This document shows, piece by piece, positions 9,172 through 20,789 of a DNA stretch of 64,000 nucleotides. Numbering within the stretch: the stretch's first letter is position 1; each line of letters opens with the position of its first letter. The translations under genes and the position numbers were made by a program. The stretch is from positions 704,001 through 768,000 of the forward strand of contig CAWAWS010000007.1 of NCBI GenBank assembly GCA_963785725.1, written 5' to 3'. Source of the DNA: an uncultured delta proteobacterium. Lineage in GTDB: Bacteria; Myxococcota_A; Polyangia; Palsa-1104. The notes under the pieces are model-generated. The model was not told the origin of the DNA and searched no databases. It saw only the letters and a list, made by a program, of their open reading frames with translations.

Positions 9172-10251
9172 CTACGGTGACTCGGTGACGGCTTGGGCGA
9201 GGACTTCGATGAGGTCGAGCGCCTGCACGCCGTCGCGGTTGAGACGGCGGGTGCAGGTCGGGCAGGAAGAGACGACGGTGGAGGCGCCGGCCTGTTTGAC
9301 CTCGGTCAAGCGCGCCTGTGCGATGGCGTCGGCCGTCTCCGGCATCGTCGCCGGCAACAGGCCGCCGCCGCCCGAGCATTCGGACTCGTGGCGCGACCGC
9401 GAGAACTCGCGCACGTCGTCCATCGTCTTGCGCAGGAGGCGCCGCGGCGGCTCGTAGACGCCCATCCAGCGGCCGAGGTGACAGGGGTCGTGATAGAACG
9501 TCGGCTCCCGTCGCTGCTTGACCGGCAGGCGCTCGACGAAGCTCTCCAGGAACTCGCTCGAATGCTCGACGCGCGGCTTCAACGGCACGCCGAAGGCGCG
9601 ATATTGCGTCTTCATCGCCCACGCGCAGGCCGGGCAGTGCACGACGACGCGCGCGTAACCTTCGAGCTGCTTGGCCATGCGCTCGGCGTGCAGGCGAAAC
9701 GCGTCGTGCAGACCGCCGGCGAAGAGCGGATAGCCGCCGCAGCCGTGGTCGCCCGCGGTCACGCCCACGTAGTCGGCGCCGATGCGATCGCACAGCTGCA
9801 GCATCGTCGTCGCCAGCTCCGGCTTCTCGCAGCCGGGAAAGAAGGCCACTTGCGCTTCGGTCGGCCGCTTGTGCGCGGGCACGAGCGCGCGCGTCTTCGC
9901 CGCCGCCGCCACCGACTTCGCCTGCATGCGCGGCAAGAGCTGGCGCAGCGCCGGATGGCCGCGTCCGTCGCGCTCGGCCTCGGCGCGACCTTGCATGAGC
10001 GCGATGCCGGGCTCGACTTTGTGTTGGCAGGCGTCGGTGCAGGCGCCGCAGCCGCTGCAGCCGTAGAGCGGCGTGGTTTGCTCGATCGTGGCCGGCAGCT
10101 CGCCCAGCTGCAACGAGCGCATCGTCGCCATCTTGTCGCGCGGCGTCAGCGATTCGTTGGCCGTCGCGTTCGACACCGGGCAGGTATGGCGGCACAGCTT
10201 CGGGCAATACGTGCAGTACGACAGCGACGTCTGCAGATCGGGCGGCGACAT
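9172..10251 (-). CDS. GlcF/GlpC-like Fe-S protein (ferredoxin plus two CCG domains)
   Basis: CTYCPKLCRHTCP, CSGCGACTDAC, FFPGC, HCPAC, HDPCHLGR, CSGGGG, SCPTC. Confidence 0.88.
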   Translation of the reverse strand: MSPPDLQTSLSYCTYCPKLCRHTCPVSNATANESLTPRDKMATMRSLQLGELPATIEQTTPLYGCSGCGACTDACQHKVEPGIALMQGRAEAERDGRGHPALRQLLPRMQAKSVAAAAKTRALVPAHKRPTEAQVAFFPGCEKPELATTMLQLCDRIGADYVGVTAGDHGCGGYPLFAGGLHDAFRLHAERMAKQLEGYARVVVHCPACAWAMKTQYRAFGVPLKPRVEHSSEFLESFVERLPVKQRREPTFYHDPCHLGRWMGVYEPPRRLLRKTMDDVREFSRSRHESECSGGGGLLPATMPETADAIAQARLTEVKQAGASTVVSSCPTCTRRLNRDGVQALDLIEVLAQAVTESP

Positions 10252-10254
10252 GTC

Positions 10255-11289
10255 TTAGGCTCCGGGCCAGGCGGCGAAGCGGCGATCGGGATCGAGCCGC
10301 CGTTTGAGCGCGTTCCACAACGCGTGCGGCGCCGCCGGCGGCTGCGCCGGGCGCTCGACGTCGACGACACAGGCGCCGCCGACGTGCCAGCCGACGACGC
10401 GCACGGCGTCGCCGACGAGCGCGCCCGCCGGCACTTCGGAGTCGATCGTCTCCAGCGCCACCGCGCGTTCGTACGGCGGCTTTTGCGCGCGCGGCGGCGG
10501 CGCGAACGACACCGTCGCGCCGTCGTGGGCGCGCACGATCGACTCCGCCAGCGCGCGCTCGGCCTGCACCAGCGGCTCGGGCCCGTCGACCTGCAGCGAC
10601 AAGATGCCGGTCGCCAGCACCGTCAGCTCCGCCGGACGACCGCCGCGCACGATGAGCTCACGCGCCGCCAGCAGCGCCGCCTTCAGCGACGGCAAGCGGA
10701 ACGACGTCTCGAGCTGCGTCTCCTGCCGCCGCTGCACGCGAATCGTCGCCGACGTGATGAGGCCGAGCGTGCCGCGGGCGCCGATGATGGCGTGCATCAA
10801 GTCGGGCCCGGTCGCTTTGCGCGGCGCCAGGCGCGTCGTGATTTCGGTGCCGTCGGGCAAGATGGCGGCGATGCCGGCGCATTGGTTGACGAAGCGGCCG
10901 TGGCGCGGCGACGCCTCCGACGCGCGTGGCGCCGCCAACAGCGCGCCCAGCGTGCGCTCGCGCGACCACGGCGGCAGCGGGCCCAGCGTCATGCCGCGCT
11001 CGGCGAGCAGCCGCTCGAGCGCGTCGACGGTCACGCCCGCCTGCGCCGACACCAACAGCGACGTCTCGTCGACGTGCAAGACGTTGTGCATGCGCGACAG
11101 GTCGAGCGTCACCGACTCCGCCGCCGGCACGACGACGCCGACGAGCGCACCCACTTCGGCCGCGATGCGCACGACGTCGACGATCTCGGCCGGCGCGCCC
11201 GGCTTGACGACGACGCGCCCGCCGTCGCTGGCGACGTTCGCCGCGCCGACCGCGTGCGCCAGTCGATCGGACCAAAAGGGCGTGTTCAT
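10255..11289 (-). CDS. Short FAD-binding oxidoreductase, GlcE-like
   Basis: ATG 11289 overlaps the upstream stop; LDLSRMHNVLHVDE, AQAGVT, RKATGPDL, GARGTLGLIT, LKRRLDP; no C-terminal HG motif. Confidence 0.8.
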   Translation of the reverse strand: MNTPFWSDRLAHAVGAANVASDGGRVVVKPGAPAEIVDVVRIAAEVGALVGVVVPAAESVTLDLSRMHNVLHVDETSLLVSAQAGVTVDALERLLAERGMTLGPLPPWSRERTLGALLAAPRASEASPRHGRFVNQCAGIAAILPDGTEITTRLAPRKATGPDLMHAIIGARGTLGLITSATIRVQRRQETQLETSFRLPSLKAALLAARELIVRGGRPAELTVLATGILSLQVDGPEPLVQAERALAESIVRAHDGATVSFAPPPRAQKPPYERAVALETIDSEVPAGALVGDAVRVVGWHVGGACVVDVERPAQPPAAPHALWNALKRRLDPDRRFAAWPGA

Positions 11290-12884
11290 AGCCCCATCTT
11301 CCCCGGGTTCATGATGCCGCCGGGATCGAGCACGTCTTTGAGCGCGTGATAGATGCTCATCGCCTGCCCGTGCTCGTCGGGCATGAACGGCGCCTTCGAC
11401 AAGCCGACGCCGTGATGGTGCGAGATGGTCGCGCCCACGCGCGTCACCGCCGACAAGCCGGCGCGCCAGATGTCGTCGTACTTCTTGGCGGCGTCCGACG
11501 GTGAATGGCCGCGCGCGGCGAACGTGAAGTAGATCGAGCAGCCGTCGGCGTAGGCGTGGGAAAAATGCGCCATGATGAAGGCCAAGGGGCCGACGGCCTC
11601 GCGCACCGCGCGGTAGAGCTCGAGCAGCTTGTCCCAGCTCGTGGCCACTTCCATGGTGTCGACGAAGGCGCCGGCGTCGAACACCTTGGACATGCGGAAG
11701 CTGACGGAGTAGCGATGGTCGAGCCAGCGCTGGCCGGGACCTTCGCCCAAGTCGCGGCCGCCGGCGCGCGTCAGCTCGGCCGTCGCCGCCCGCGCTTCGG
11801 CCTCGGTCAGGCCACGATCGCCCTCGAAGCCGACGATGAGCAAGCAGCCGTTCTGCGCATACGGCAACAGCTTCGCGGCAAACTTGTTGATCAGCTCGGG
11901 ACGCGTCAGCGCCGCCGCCATCGCGCGCTTCTTCCACTCGGCGATGACGCCTTTGCCCGACGGCCTGAGCAACGACAGCCAATTTTCCATCGCTGCTTCG
12001 GGCGCCGCTTCCGGATCGGCCTGTGGCGCGTCGCCGTGATCTTTTTCGCCGCGATGCAGGAACGAGTCGAGCTCGTCGTAGAGCCGCACGCACGCCGGCC
12101 GCAAGTTCCGCTGCAGGAGCCGCCGAATCGCCTCGCAGCCGGCGGCGACGCGCGGAAACGCCCAGCCGCGATAGTGCCGCGTCTCCGGCAGCGGCCGCAC
12201 CGTCACCGTCGCGCGCGTGATGATGCCGAGCGTGCCTTCGGAGCCGACGAGCCACTGCGCGATGTCGGGCGTGGCGCCGGCGGCGACGTCGTGCACCTCG
12301 CCGCGGCCGTCGACGAACGTCAGCCGCCGCACCATGTCCTCGATCTTGCCGTACTTCGTCGAGAACTGACCGGCCGAGCGCGCCGCCAGCCAGCCGCCGA
12401 ACGTCGAGCACATGATCGACGACGGGAAGTGGCCGAGCGTCAACCCGCGGCGATTGAGCTCGTGCTCGAGGTGCTCGCCCAAGATGCCCGCTTCCACCGT
12501 CGCCGCGCCCGCTTTGACGTCGACGTCGACAATCGCGCGCATGCGCTTCAGATCGACGACGAGGCCGCCGTGAATCGGCAGCGTGCCGCCGCAGACGCCG
12601 GAGCCGGCGCCGAACGGCACGATCGGCGTCGCCGTGCGCGCCGCCGCTTTGATGATGGTGACGACTTCGTCCGTGGTCGTCGGCCACACGACGGCGTCGG
12701 GCGGATGCACGGCGGGATTGCCGCCGGTGGCGACGATGAGCCCGCGCGGCCAGAGGTCACGCGCGTAGGCGACGCAATCGGGCGGCGTCGTGGAGACGCG
12801 GCCGGGCAGGGCGCGCGTCAGCTCTGCGACGAGCTCGACAGTGCGCGCGGCGACGGGCGGCATGGCTGGCAGAGTATCACTCAT
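11286..12884 (-). CDS. Alkyl-dihydroxyacetonephosphate synthase-like FAD protein
   Basis: PFGAGSGVCGG, GHFPSS, STFGGW, STKYGKIED, GSEGTLGII, DTMEVA, SHAYADGCSIYFTF, ISHHHGVG, DPGGIMNPGK. Confidence 0.85.
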   Translation of the reverse strand: MSDTLPAMPPVAARTVELVAELTRALPGRVSTTPPDCVAYARDLWPRGLIVATGGNPAVHPPDAVVWPTTTDEVVTIIKAAARTATPIVPFGAGSGVCGGTLPIHGGLVVDLKRMRAIVDVDVKAGAATVEAGILGEHLEHELNRRGLTLGHFPSSIMCSTFGGWLAARSAGQFSTKYGKIEDMVRRLTFVDGRGEVHDVAAGATPDIAQWLVGSEGTLGIITRATVTVRPLPETRHYRGWAFPRVAAGCEAIRRLLQRNLRPACVRLYDELDSFLHRGEKDHGDAPQADPEAAPEAAMENWLSLLRPSGKGVIAEWKKRAMAAALTRPELINKFAAKLLPYAQNGCLLIVGFEGDRGLTEAEARAATAELTRAGGRDLGEGPGQRWLDHRYSVSFRMSKVFDAGAFVDTMEVATSWDKLLELYRAVREAVGPLAFIMAHFSHAYADGCSIYFTFAARGHSPSDAAKKYDDIWRAGLSAVTRVGATISHHHGVGLSKAPFMPDEHGQAMSIYHALKDVLDPGGIMNPGKMGL

Positions 12885-12962
12885 GGCTGCGCCATGAGCA
12901 GACCATCGATTGGCTGGCCCTCCGGGCCGGACGCTCACGCTCGCTCGCTCTGCGCGCTCGCT

Positions 12963-14610
12963 TCAGCGACGGAACATGCGGGTCCGCGCGACGACGCCGC
13001 GATAGTGCTCGACCTCGGCCTTGACGCGCGCCTCGTCCCAGCCGAGCTTGGGCGCCATGCGCTTGGCCACGCGTTCGGCGCAGCCGAGCCCTTGATCGCG
13101 GCCGCGCAGGATGAGCTGCACGCGCCGGCCGAGCACGTCCTCGACCGACAGCGCCTGCTCCTCGTCGACGGCCACGTCTACTTGCGCCTCGATATAGGGC
13201 AGCTCGGGATCGAGCCGGCGACCGGCGGACACGTCCGCTTTGACGCGCGCCACGACCGACGGCGCCCGCGCGCCATACGTCGACGCCAGCTGCTTGGCCA
13301 CCGCGCCGTCGACGCTGCCTTCGGCCGCGATGTCGTCCTGCAGCTTGGTGACGCCCGCGTAACCCGCTTCGTACACGGCGCCGGCCGCGCCCGGCAGCGG
13401 CCGATCGGCGGTGCGCGCAGGGCGCGATCTCGCCGAGCTGCTTGCCCGCGTGCTCGACGACTTCCGCGGCCATGCGGCGATAGGTCGTCAGCTTGCCGCC
13501 GGCGATGGTCACGAGGCCCGGCCGCTCGACGATGCTGTGCTCGCGCGACACATCCGACGCCGTCTCGGTGTCGCTGTCGGGCTTCAAGAGCGGCCGCAAG
13601 CCGGCCCACGTCGCCAACACGTCTTCGGATTTTAGTTTCGCTTCCGGGAAATAGTTGTTCGCCAGCGCAAGTAAGTAGTCGACGTCGTCCTGATCGGTGT
13701 GCACGTCTTCGGGCTTGCCGTCGTAGAACGTGTCGGTGGTGCCGATGACCGTGCGATCGCCGCCCCACGGAATGCAAAAGACGATGCGCTTCTTCTGCTT
13801 CATCACGACGGCGTGGCGCGGGTTGAGCCGCGCGGCGTCGACGACGAGGTGCACGCCTTTGGACGTGTGCAGGATGCCGGCGTCGCCGGCGAGCGCGCGG
13901 ATCTCGTCGCACCACGGCCCGGTGGCGTTGATGGTGACGCGCGCGCGGATCGGCAAGGTCGCGCCTTCGCCTTCGACGGCTTGCACCTCGGCGCCGGCGA
14001 TGCGGTCGCCGTCCTTGATGAGCTTGACCGCGCGCGTGTAGTTGACGATGGCCGCGCCCAGCGCCCGCGCGTCGAGGACGTTCTCCATCGTCAGCCGCGC
14101 GTCGTCGGTGGCGCAGTCGTAGTAGAGCAGGCCGCCTTCGAGCGCGTCGAGCTTGAGGCCGGGCTCGAGCTTCGCCAGCGGCCCGGCGCGCACCGTGCGA
14201 TGCAGCTTCGGCGACGAGAACTTCGACATGCCGTCGTAGATCCACAAGCCGACGTCGAGCACGAACAGGCCCGGCTTGTCGGCTTTGTAGACCGGCAGCA
14301 GGAACTCGAGCGGACGCACCAGATGCGGCGCCACCTTCATGAGCAGCGCGCGCTCGTTGGTGCCTTCGAACACGAGCCGAAACTGCGCGTGCTCCAGGTA
14401 GCGAAAGCCGCCATGCACCAGCTTCGACGACTTCGACGACGTGCCCGACGCGAAGTCGCTCTTCTCGACGAGCGCCACCTTCAAGCCGCGCAGCGCCGCG
14501 TCGCGCGCGATGCCCACGCCGGTGATGCCGCCGCCGATGACCAGCACGTCGAACTGCTCGGACGAGAGTCGCCCCAGCGTCGCCGCGCGCGCTTGCAGTG
14601 CCGAAGTCAT
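12963..14610 (-). CDS. glpD: FAD-dependent glycerol-3-phosphate dehydrogenase/oxidase (one apparent +1 frameshift near 13413)
   Basis: IGGGITG, DFASGTSSKSSKLVHGGFRYL, NATGPW, GTTD, WAGLRPL, GGKLTTYR; C-terminal domain (EEQALSVEDVLGRR) continues in the next frame to the stop at 12963. Confidence 0.9.
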
Positions 14611-14619
14611 GATGAACGC

Positions 14620-16468
<1,849 letters not shown>

Positions 16469-16568
16469 GGGGCGCAATATAACGCAGCCCGTTAGGCAAT
16501 CAACGCGCTCTTCTAATAGGTACGCTAGCGTTGACGTTCGTGAGGCAAAGATTGTACGCTGGCACGGC

Positions 16569-17540
16569 ATGCGGATTGTCCCGGCGACTTGCCCGATGTG
16601 TGGCGGTGAATACGACCCGCTGCGTGCCCGGGCGACCCTCGTCGTCGACGGTAAAGTGCGCGCGTACTGCTCGGCGGCGTGCAAGGAAAAGGCGTCGCGT
16701 CCGCCTCCGGACTTGCCGATCGGCGAGGTCGACGAAGCCCCCGAAGAGCCGCATCACATTCCGTCGCTTTTCAAGCGCCTGTCGTGGCGTGGCACGGCCG
16801 GGCTCGCCGCCGTCGGGCTCATCGTGCTCGCCTGCGGCGGCAAGCTGATCGGCTCGGCGCCGCCGGCGCTGGCGTCGATCGCGCCCGCCGTCAAGCTGCC
16901 GCCGCCCAAGCCCGTGCCGACGGTGGACGACGCGATGGCGATGCTCGCGTCCGCGCCCACGCCCACCGAGCGCGATCTCTGGTTCCATCCGCTGCCGGGG
17001 CCGAAGCGCATGCTGCCCGAGCGCGACACCCGCCGCTTTGGCGCCGCGCGTGAAGGCATGCGCCCCGAAGAGTGCGCCGGTGGCCACTGCGGCGTCGACA
17101 TCGGCACCGTCGAGGGCATGATCGTGTTGGCGGCGCACGACGGCGTCGTCGAGCGGGTCGAGCGCGACGCCGAGGTCGGCGGCCGTCGCGGCAACGAAGG
17201 TCGCTTCGTGCGCATCAACCACAAGGGCGGCACCGTCGTCACCAGCTACATCCACTTGGAAGCGATCCGCGAGGATCTGAAGCCGGGCATCCCGGTCAAA
17301 GCCGGCGAAGCCATCGCCACCGTCGGCGCGACCGGCGTGCAGCACTCGGGCCCGCACCTGCACTTCGCCGTCAGCGTGCGGCCGAGCGCCGACGGTCCCG
17401 AGCTGTACATCGATCCCGAGCCGCTGTTGCATCTGTGGCCGCTGGCGCCGCGGCCGGCGGCGACGCTGCACGCCATGTCGTCGGCCTCGCCCAAGCATCC
17501 CAAGACCGCGCAGATCGACGACGCCGGCTCCGATCTCTAG
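16569..17540 (+). CDS. M23 metallopeptidase with N-terminal Cys metal finger and TM helix
   Basis: CPMC...YCSAAC; TM; HCGVD (HxxxD), SYIHL, GPHLHF (HxH), IDPEPLL. Confidence 0.88.
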   Translation: MRIVPATCPMCGGEYDPLRARATLVVDGKVRAYCSAACKEKASRPPPDLPIGEVDEAPEEPHHIPSLFKRLSWRGTAGLAAVGLIVLACGGKLIGSAPPALASIAPAVKLPPPKPVPTVDDAMAMLASAPTPTERDLWFHPLPGPKRMLPERDTRRFGAAREGMRPEECAGGHCGVDIGTVEGMIVLAAHDGVVERVERDAEVGGRRGNEGRFVRINHKGGTVVTSYIHLEAIREDLKPGIPVKAGEAIATVGATGVQHSGPHLHFAVSVRPSADGPELYIDPEPLLHLWPLAPRPAATLHAMSSASPKHPKTAQIDDAGSDL

Positions 17541-17613
17541 TATCTAAGTATCCAGTATCTGTCGGCTTTGTGGATTCTACTGAAAACCGGCCGGTGATGG
17601 TTACTATACAGCC
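17541..17613 (+). promoter_or_regulatory. AT-rich promoter region of cysC-cysH
   Basis: AT-rich spacer; AGTATC repeated three times (17539-17559); TACTAT/TATACA -10-like box just before the ATG. Confidence 0.4.
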
Positions 17614-18171
17614 ATGACGAAGGGGTTCGCGTTGTGGCTCACGGGCATGTCGGGCGCGGGCAAGTCGACGCTCTCGCAGCCCGTCGCCGCGCGCTTGAAG
17701 GAGCTCGGCCATCGCGTCGAATTGCTCGACGGCGACGTCGTGCGCACCAACTTGTCGGCCGGCCTCACGTTCAGCAAAGAAGATCGCGACATCAACGTGC
17801 GGCGCATCGGCTTCGTCGCCAACTTGCTGGCGCGCAACGGCGTCGTCGCCATCACCGCCGCCATCTCGCCCTATCGCAGTGTGCGCGACGAGGTGCGCGC
17901 GCTCGTCACCGGCGACGGCTCCGGCTTCGTCGAGGTGTTCGTCACCGCGCCCGTCGAAGTGCTCGCCAAGCGCGACGTCAAAGGGCTGTACAAGAAGGCG
18001 CTGGCCGGCGAAATCGGCAGCTTCACCGGCGTCAGCGATCCCTACGAGCCGCCGCTGGCGCCCGAGGTCGTGGTCGATTCGTCGTCGGAGACGGTGGAAG
18101 CGGGCGTGGAAAAGGTGCTGGCCAAGCTGCGCGAGCTCGGCTACGTGAGCGCCGGCAGCGTCGCCGCATGA
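17614..18171 (+). CDS. cysC: Adenylyl-sulfate kinase
   Basis: [54 protein letters not shown]. Confidence 0.97.
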   Translation: MTKGFALWLTGMSGAGKSTLSQPVAARLKELGHRVELLDGDVVRTNLSAGLTFSKEDRDINVRRIGFVANLLARNGVVAITAAISPYRSVRDEVRALVTGDGSGFVEVFVTAPVEVLAKRDVKGLYKKALAGEIGSFTGVSDPYEPPLAPEVVVDSSSETVEAGVEKVLAKLRELGYVSAGSVAA

Positions 18172-18860
18172 ACGTCGCCGACGCTCGCGCCGCGCTCGCC
18201 GGCCGCACGCCCGAAGAAGTCCTCGGCTGGAGCTTCGCGCAATTCCCGCGCATCGCCATCTCCACGGCGTTCGGCCCCGAAGGCTGCGCCTTGGTCGCGA
18301 TGGCGGCGAAAATAAAACCCGATATCAAAGTCTTCACGATCGATACCGATTTCCTGTTTCCCGAATCGATCGCGCTGCGCGAAAAGTTCGTGGCGAAATA
18401 TGGGATTCAGCTGGAAGTGATGCGCGGACGAGTGACGCTCGCGCAGCAGAACGCGCGCCACGGGCTCGATTTGTGGCAGCGCGACACCGACCAATGCTGC
18501 GCGCTGCGCAAGATCGAGCCGACGGAGCGCGCGCTGCACGGCCTCGACGCCTGGATCGCCGGTTTGCGCCGCGATCAAGGCGCGTCGCGCGCGGGAATCG
18601 ACGTCGTCGAAGAGTACGATCGCTCCGAAGGCGTCCTCTACAAGATCAATCCGCTGTTGAATTGGACGCGCAAAGATACGTGGGATTATCTAATTAAGAA
18701 CGACATTCCCTATAATCCGTTATTGGACCAGGGATATAAATCGATCGGCTGCTGGCCGTGCACCAAAGCGGTCGGCGCCGACGCCGACGAGCGCGCCGGC
18801 CGCTGGGGTGGTCAAAAGAGCGAGTGCGGCATTCACACGTTCATGGCGCGAAAGGCCTAA
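18168..18860 (+). CDS. cysH: APS/PAPS reductase, Fe-S type
   Basis: [49 protein letters not shown] overlap with cysC. Confidence 0.95.
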   Translation: MNVADARAALAGRTPEEVLGWSFAQFPRIAISTAFGPEGCALVAMAAKIKPDIKVFTIDTDFLFPESIALREKFVAKYGIQLEVMRGRVTLAQQNARHGLDLWQRDTDQCCALRKIEPTERALHGLDAWIAGLRRDQGASRAGIDVVEEYDRSEGVLYKINPLLNWTRKDTWDYLIKNDIPYNPLLDQGYKSIGCWPCTKAVGADADERAGRWGGQKSECGIHTFMARKA

Positions 18861-18879
18861 GCCAACTATATTGAAAGCC

Positions 18880-19737
18880 GTGAAGATCGCGCATTTCTCG
18901 GACGTACACGCGCTGTCGCTGACCGGCGCGCGGCCCTGGCACTTTTTCAACAAGCGGGCCGCAGGGTTCATGAACTTGAAGCTGCATCGCGGCGAGAAGC
19001 ATCCGGTGCGGCTGTTTCGCGCGATCGTGGCCGATCTGAACGCGTCGCCCGTCGATCACATCATCTGCACCGGCGATCTGACGAACCTCTCGCTGACGGG
19101 CGAGTTTTCGCTGGCGCGCGAGATCCTCGACGGCATCGCGCTCGGCCCGCACGGCGTCACCGTCGTGCCCGGCAATCACGACGTGTACACGTGGGGCGTG
19201 CAGCGCCGGCAGCCGTTCCACGCGCAGTTCGCGCCTTACGCGACGTCGGACGGCGCGGCGACGGTGGAATTTCCGTCGCTGCGCGTGCGCGGTGACGTCG
19301 CCGTCGTCGGCTTGTCGACGGCCGTGCCGTCGCCGCCGCCGTGGGCCGACGGTCGGCTGGGCCCGGCGCAGCTCGACCGGCTGGAGAGCGCGCTGACGAA
19401 GCTCGACGGTAAATTTCGCATCGTGGCGCTGCATCACCCGCCGTACACGAACCGGCACGCGGTCTTGCGCGGCTTGCGCGATCGCGAGGCGCTGCAGGCG
19501 ATCTTGGCGCGCGTCGGCTGCGAGCTGGTGCTGCACGGCCACGAGCACCGCGACCTGCGCAACGAGCTGCCGGGGCCGCGCGGGCCGATCCCCGTCATCG
19601 GCGTCGGCTCGGGCACCTACGACGACCATCGGCCCGAGCGCCGCGCGCGCTACAACGTCTACACGATCGAAGACGGCCGCCTCGTCAACGTCGAGACGCG
19701 CATCCACGACGCCGCCTCCGATCGCTTCGCCGCGTAA
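18880..19737 (+). CDS. Calcineurin-like metallophosphoesterase
   Basis: SDVH, TGDLTN, PGNHD, LHHPP, HGHEH. Confidence 0.9.
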   Translation: MKIAHFSDVHALSLTGARPWHFFNKRAAGFMNLKLHRGEKHPVRLFRAIVADLNASPVDHIICTGDLTNLSLTGEFSLAREILDGIALGPHGVTVVPGNHDVYTWGVQRRQPFHAQFAPYATSDGAATVEFPSLRVRGDVAVVGLSTAVPSPPPWADGRLGPAQLDRLESALTKLDGKFRIVALHHPPYTNRHAVLRGLRDREALQAILARVGCELVLHGHEHRDLRNELPGPRGPIPVIGVGSGTYDDHRPERRARYNVYTIEDGRLVNVETRIHDAASDRFAA

Positions 19738-19747
19738 TCCGTAGCGA

Positions 19748-20569
19748 TCAGTCGATGGCGATGGCGGCGTAACCGACGACGCGGTCGCGCTCGCCGAAGG
19801 TGTCACCCGAGGTGCCGTACGCGATCAGCGTGCCGCGCGTCGCGCCGCGCGCCGTCGCGTAGGCCAGCGCCACCGTCGCCGGCAGCACGCCGCACATGCT
19901 GATGTCCTCGGCTTCGACGACGGCGTAGAGCTGCGCGGCGTCGCAGGCGAGCATGGGCGCGATGGCGCGACGATCGATCGCGCGCGTCATGTCGTCGGGC
20001 AAATAATGGCTCATGTCGCTCGAGGCCACGACGAGCACGTCCTCGCCGAGCGCGGTCACGACGGCTGCGAGCGCGCGGCCGAGCGCGATACAGGCGTCGC
20101 CGTCGATGCCGCCGACGATCACCGGCGTCACCTGCAGCTGCGGCTGGCGCGCCAACAACAGCGGCAGCTCGACCTCGAGCGCGTGCTCGGCGCGATGCGC
20201 CTCGTGGTCGGCGACGAAGCCGGCGCCGCTGGCGATGAGCCGCGCCGCCAAGTCCTCGTCGACGGGCACTTCGGCGCCGGGCAGCGCGAAGGCGCCGCGC
20301 GGCCACACGGCGACGCGTTGGCCGCGGCCGGTGTGATTGGGCGCCAGCACGACGACGCGACGGGGAACCGCCGTGGCCGCGAACACGCTGCCGGCGATCG
20401 CGCCCGAATAGACGTAGCCCGCGTGCGGCGCGACGACCGCGAGGTGGCGCGCGCCGGCCGCGGGCGCGGCGCCGAGACAGCGCGCGACCTCGAGCGCCAG
20501 CTCGTCGGCGCGGCCGGGATAGAAGCGACCGGCGACGGCCGGCGGTCGAATGTCGAGGCTGCTCGCCAT
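19748..20569 (-). CDS. amrB: AmmeMemoRadiSam system protein B (MEMO1 family)
   Basis: IRPPAVAGRFYP, PHAGYVYSG, PNHTG, EHALEVELP, ASSDMSHY, SMCG, VVGYA. Confidence 0.93.
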   Translation of the reverse strand: MASSLDIRPPAVAGRFYPGRADELALEVARCLGAAPAAGARHLAVVAPHAGYVYSGAIAGSVFAATAVPRRVVVLAPNHTGRGQRVAVWPRGAFALPGAEVPVDEDLAARLIASGAGFVADHEAHRAEHALEVELPLLLARQPQLQVTPVIVGGIDGDACIALGRALAAVVTALGEDVLVVASSDMSHYLPDDMTRAIDRRAIAPMLACDAAQLYAVVEAEDISMCGVLPATVALAYATARGATRGTLIAYGTSGDTFGERDRVVGYAAIAID

Positions 20570-20665
20570 CTCGCCTTCATCTTAAGCCCTACTAGGGCGC
20601 CGAGCGCAGCAGCGACGGTCGTCGCGGCTGTCAGCCGTCGAGCGGGCGGGCCCTGCGCTCGGCAG

Positions 20666-20681
20666 TGGCACATCGGATGCT
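20666..20681 (+). promoter_or_regulatory. Putative sigma54 promoter of the RimK-KGG operon
   Basis: TGGCACATCGGATGCT, exact GG-N10-GC spacing, intergenic, about 110 nt upstream of ATG 20790. Confidence 0.65.
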
Positions 20682-20789
20682 TTGTTCCTGCGTGTCGGTT
20701 CGCGTCGCACCGCAAGCCTCGTGTTTGCCGCCGCGGTGGAACCCGAACGGATCGAAAAGGAAACGAGGCGATCAAATCGGTCGAGACCC

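Noticed and set aside
16560..16575. TGGCACGGCATGC sigma54-like box upstream of the M23 gene
   Set aside because: Spacing is GG-N8-GC rather than N10, and it overlaps the start codon.
19748..20569. Complete AmmeMemoRadiSam system
   Set aside because: Only protein B is present; no AmmeCR1-like protein A or radical SAM gene is in the window.
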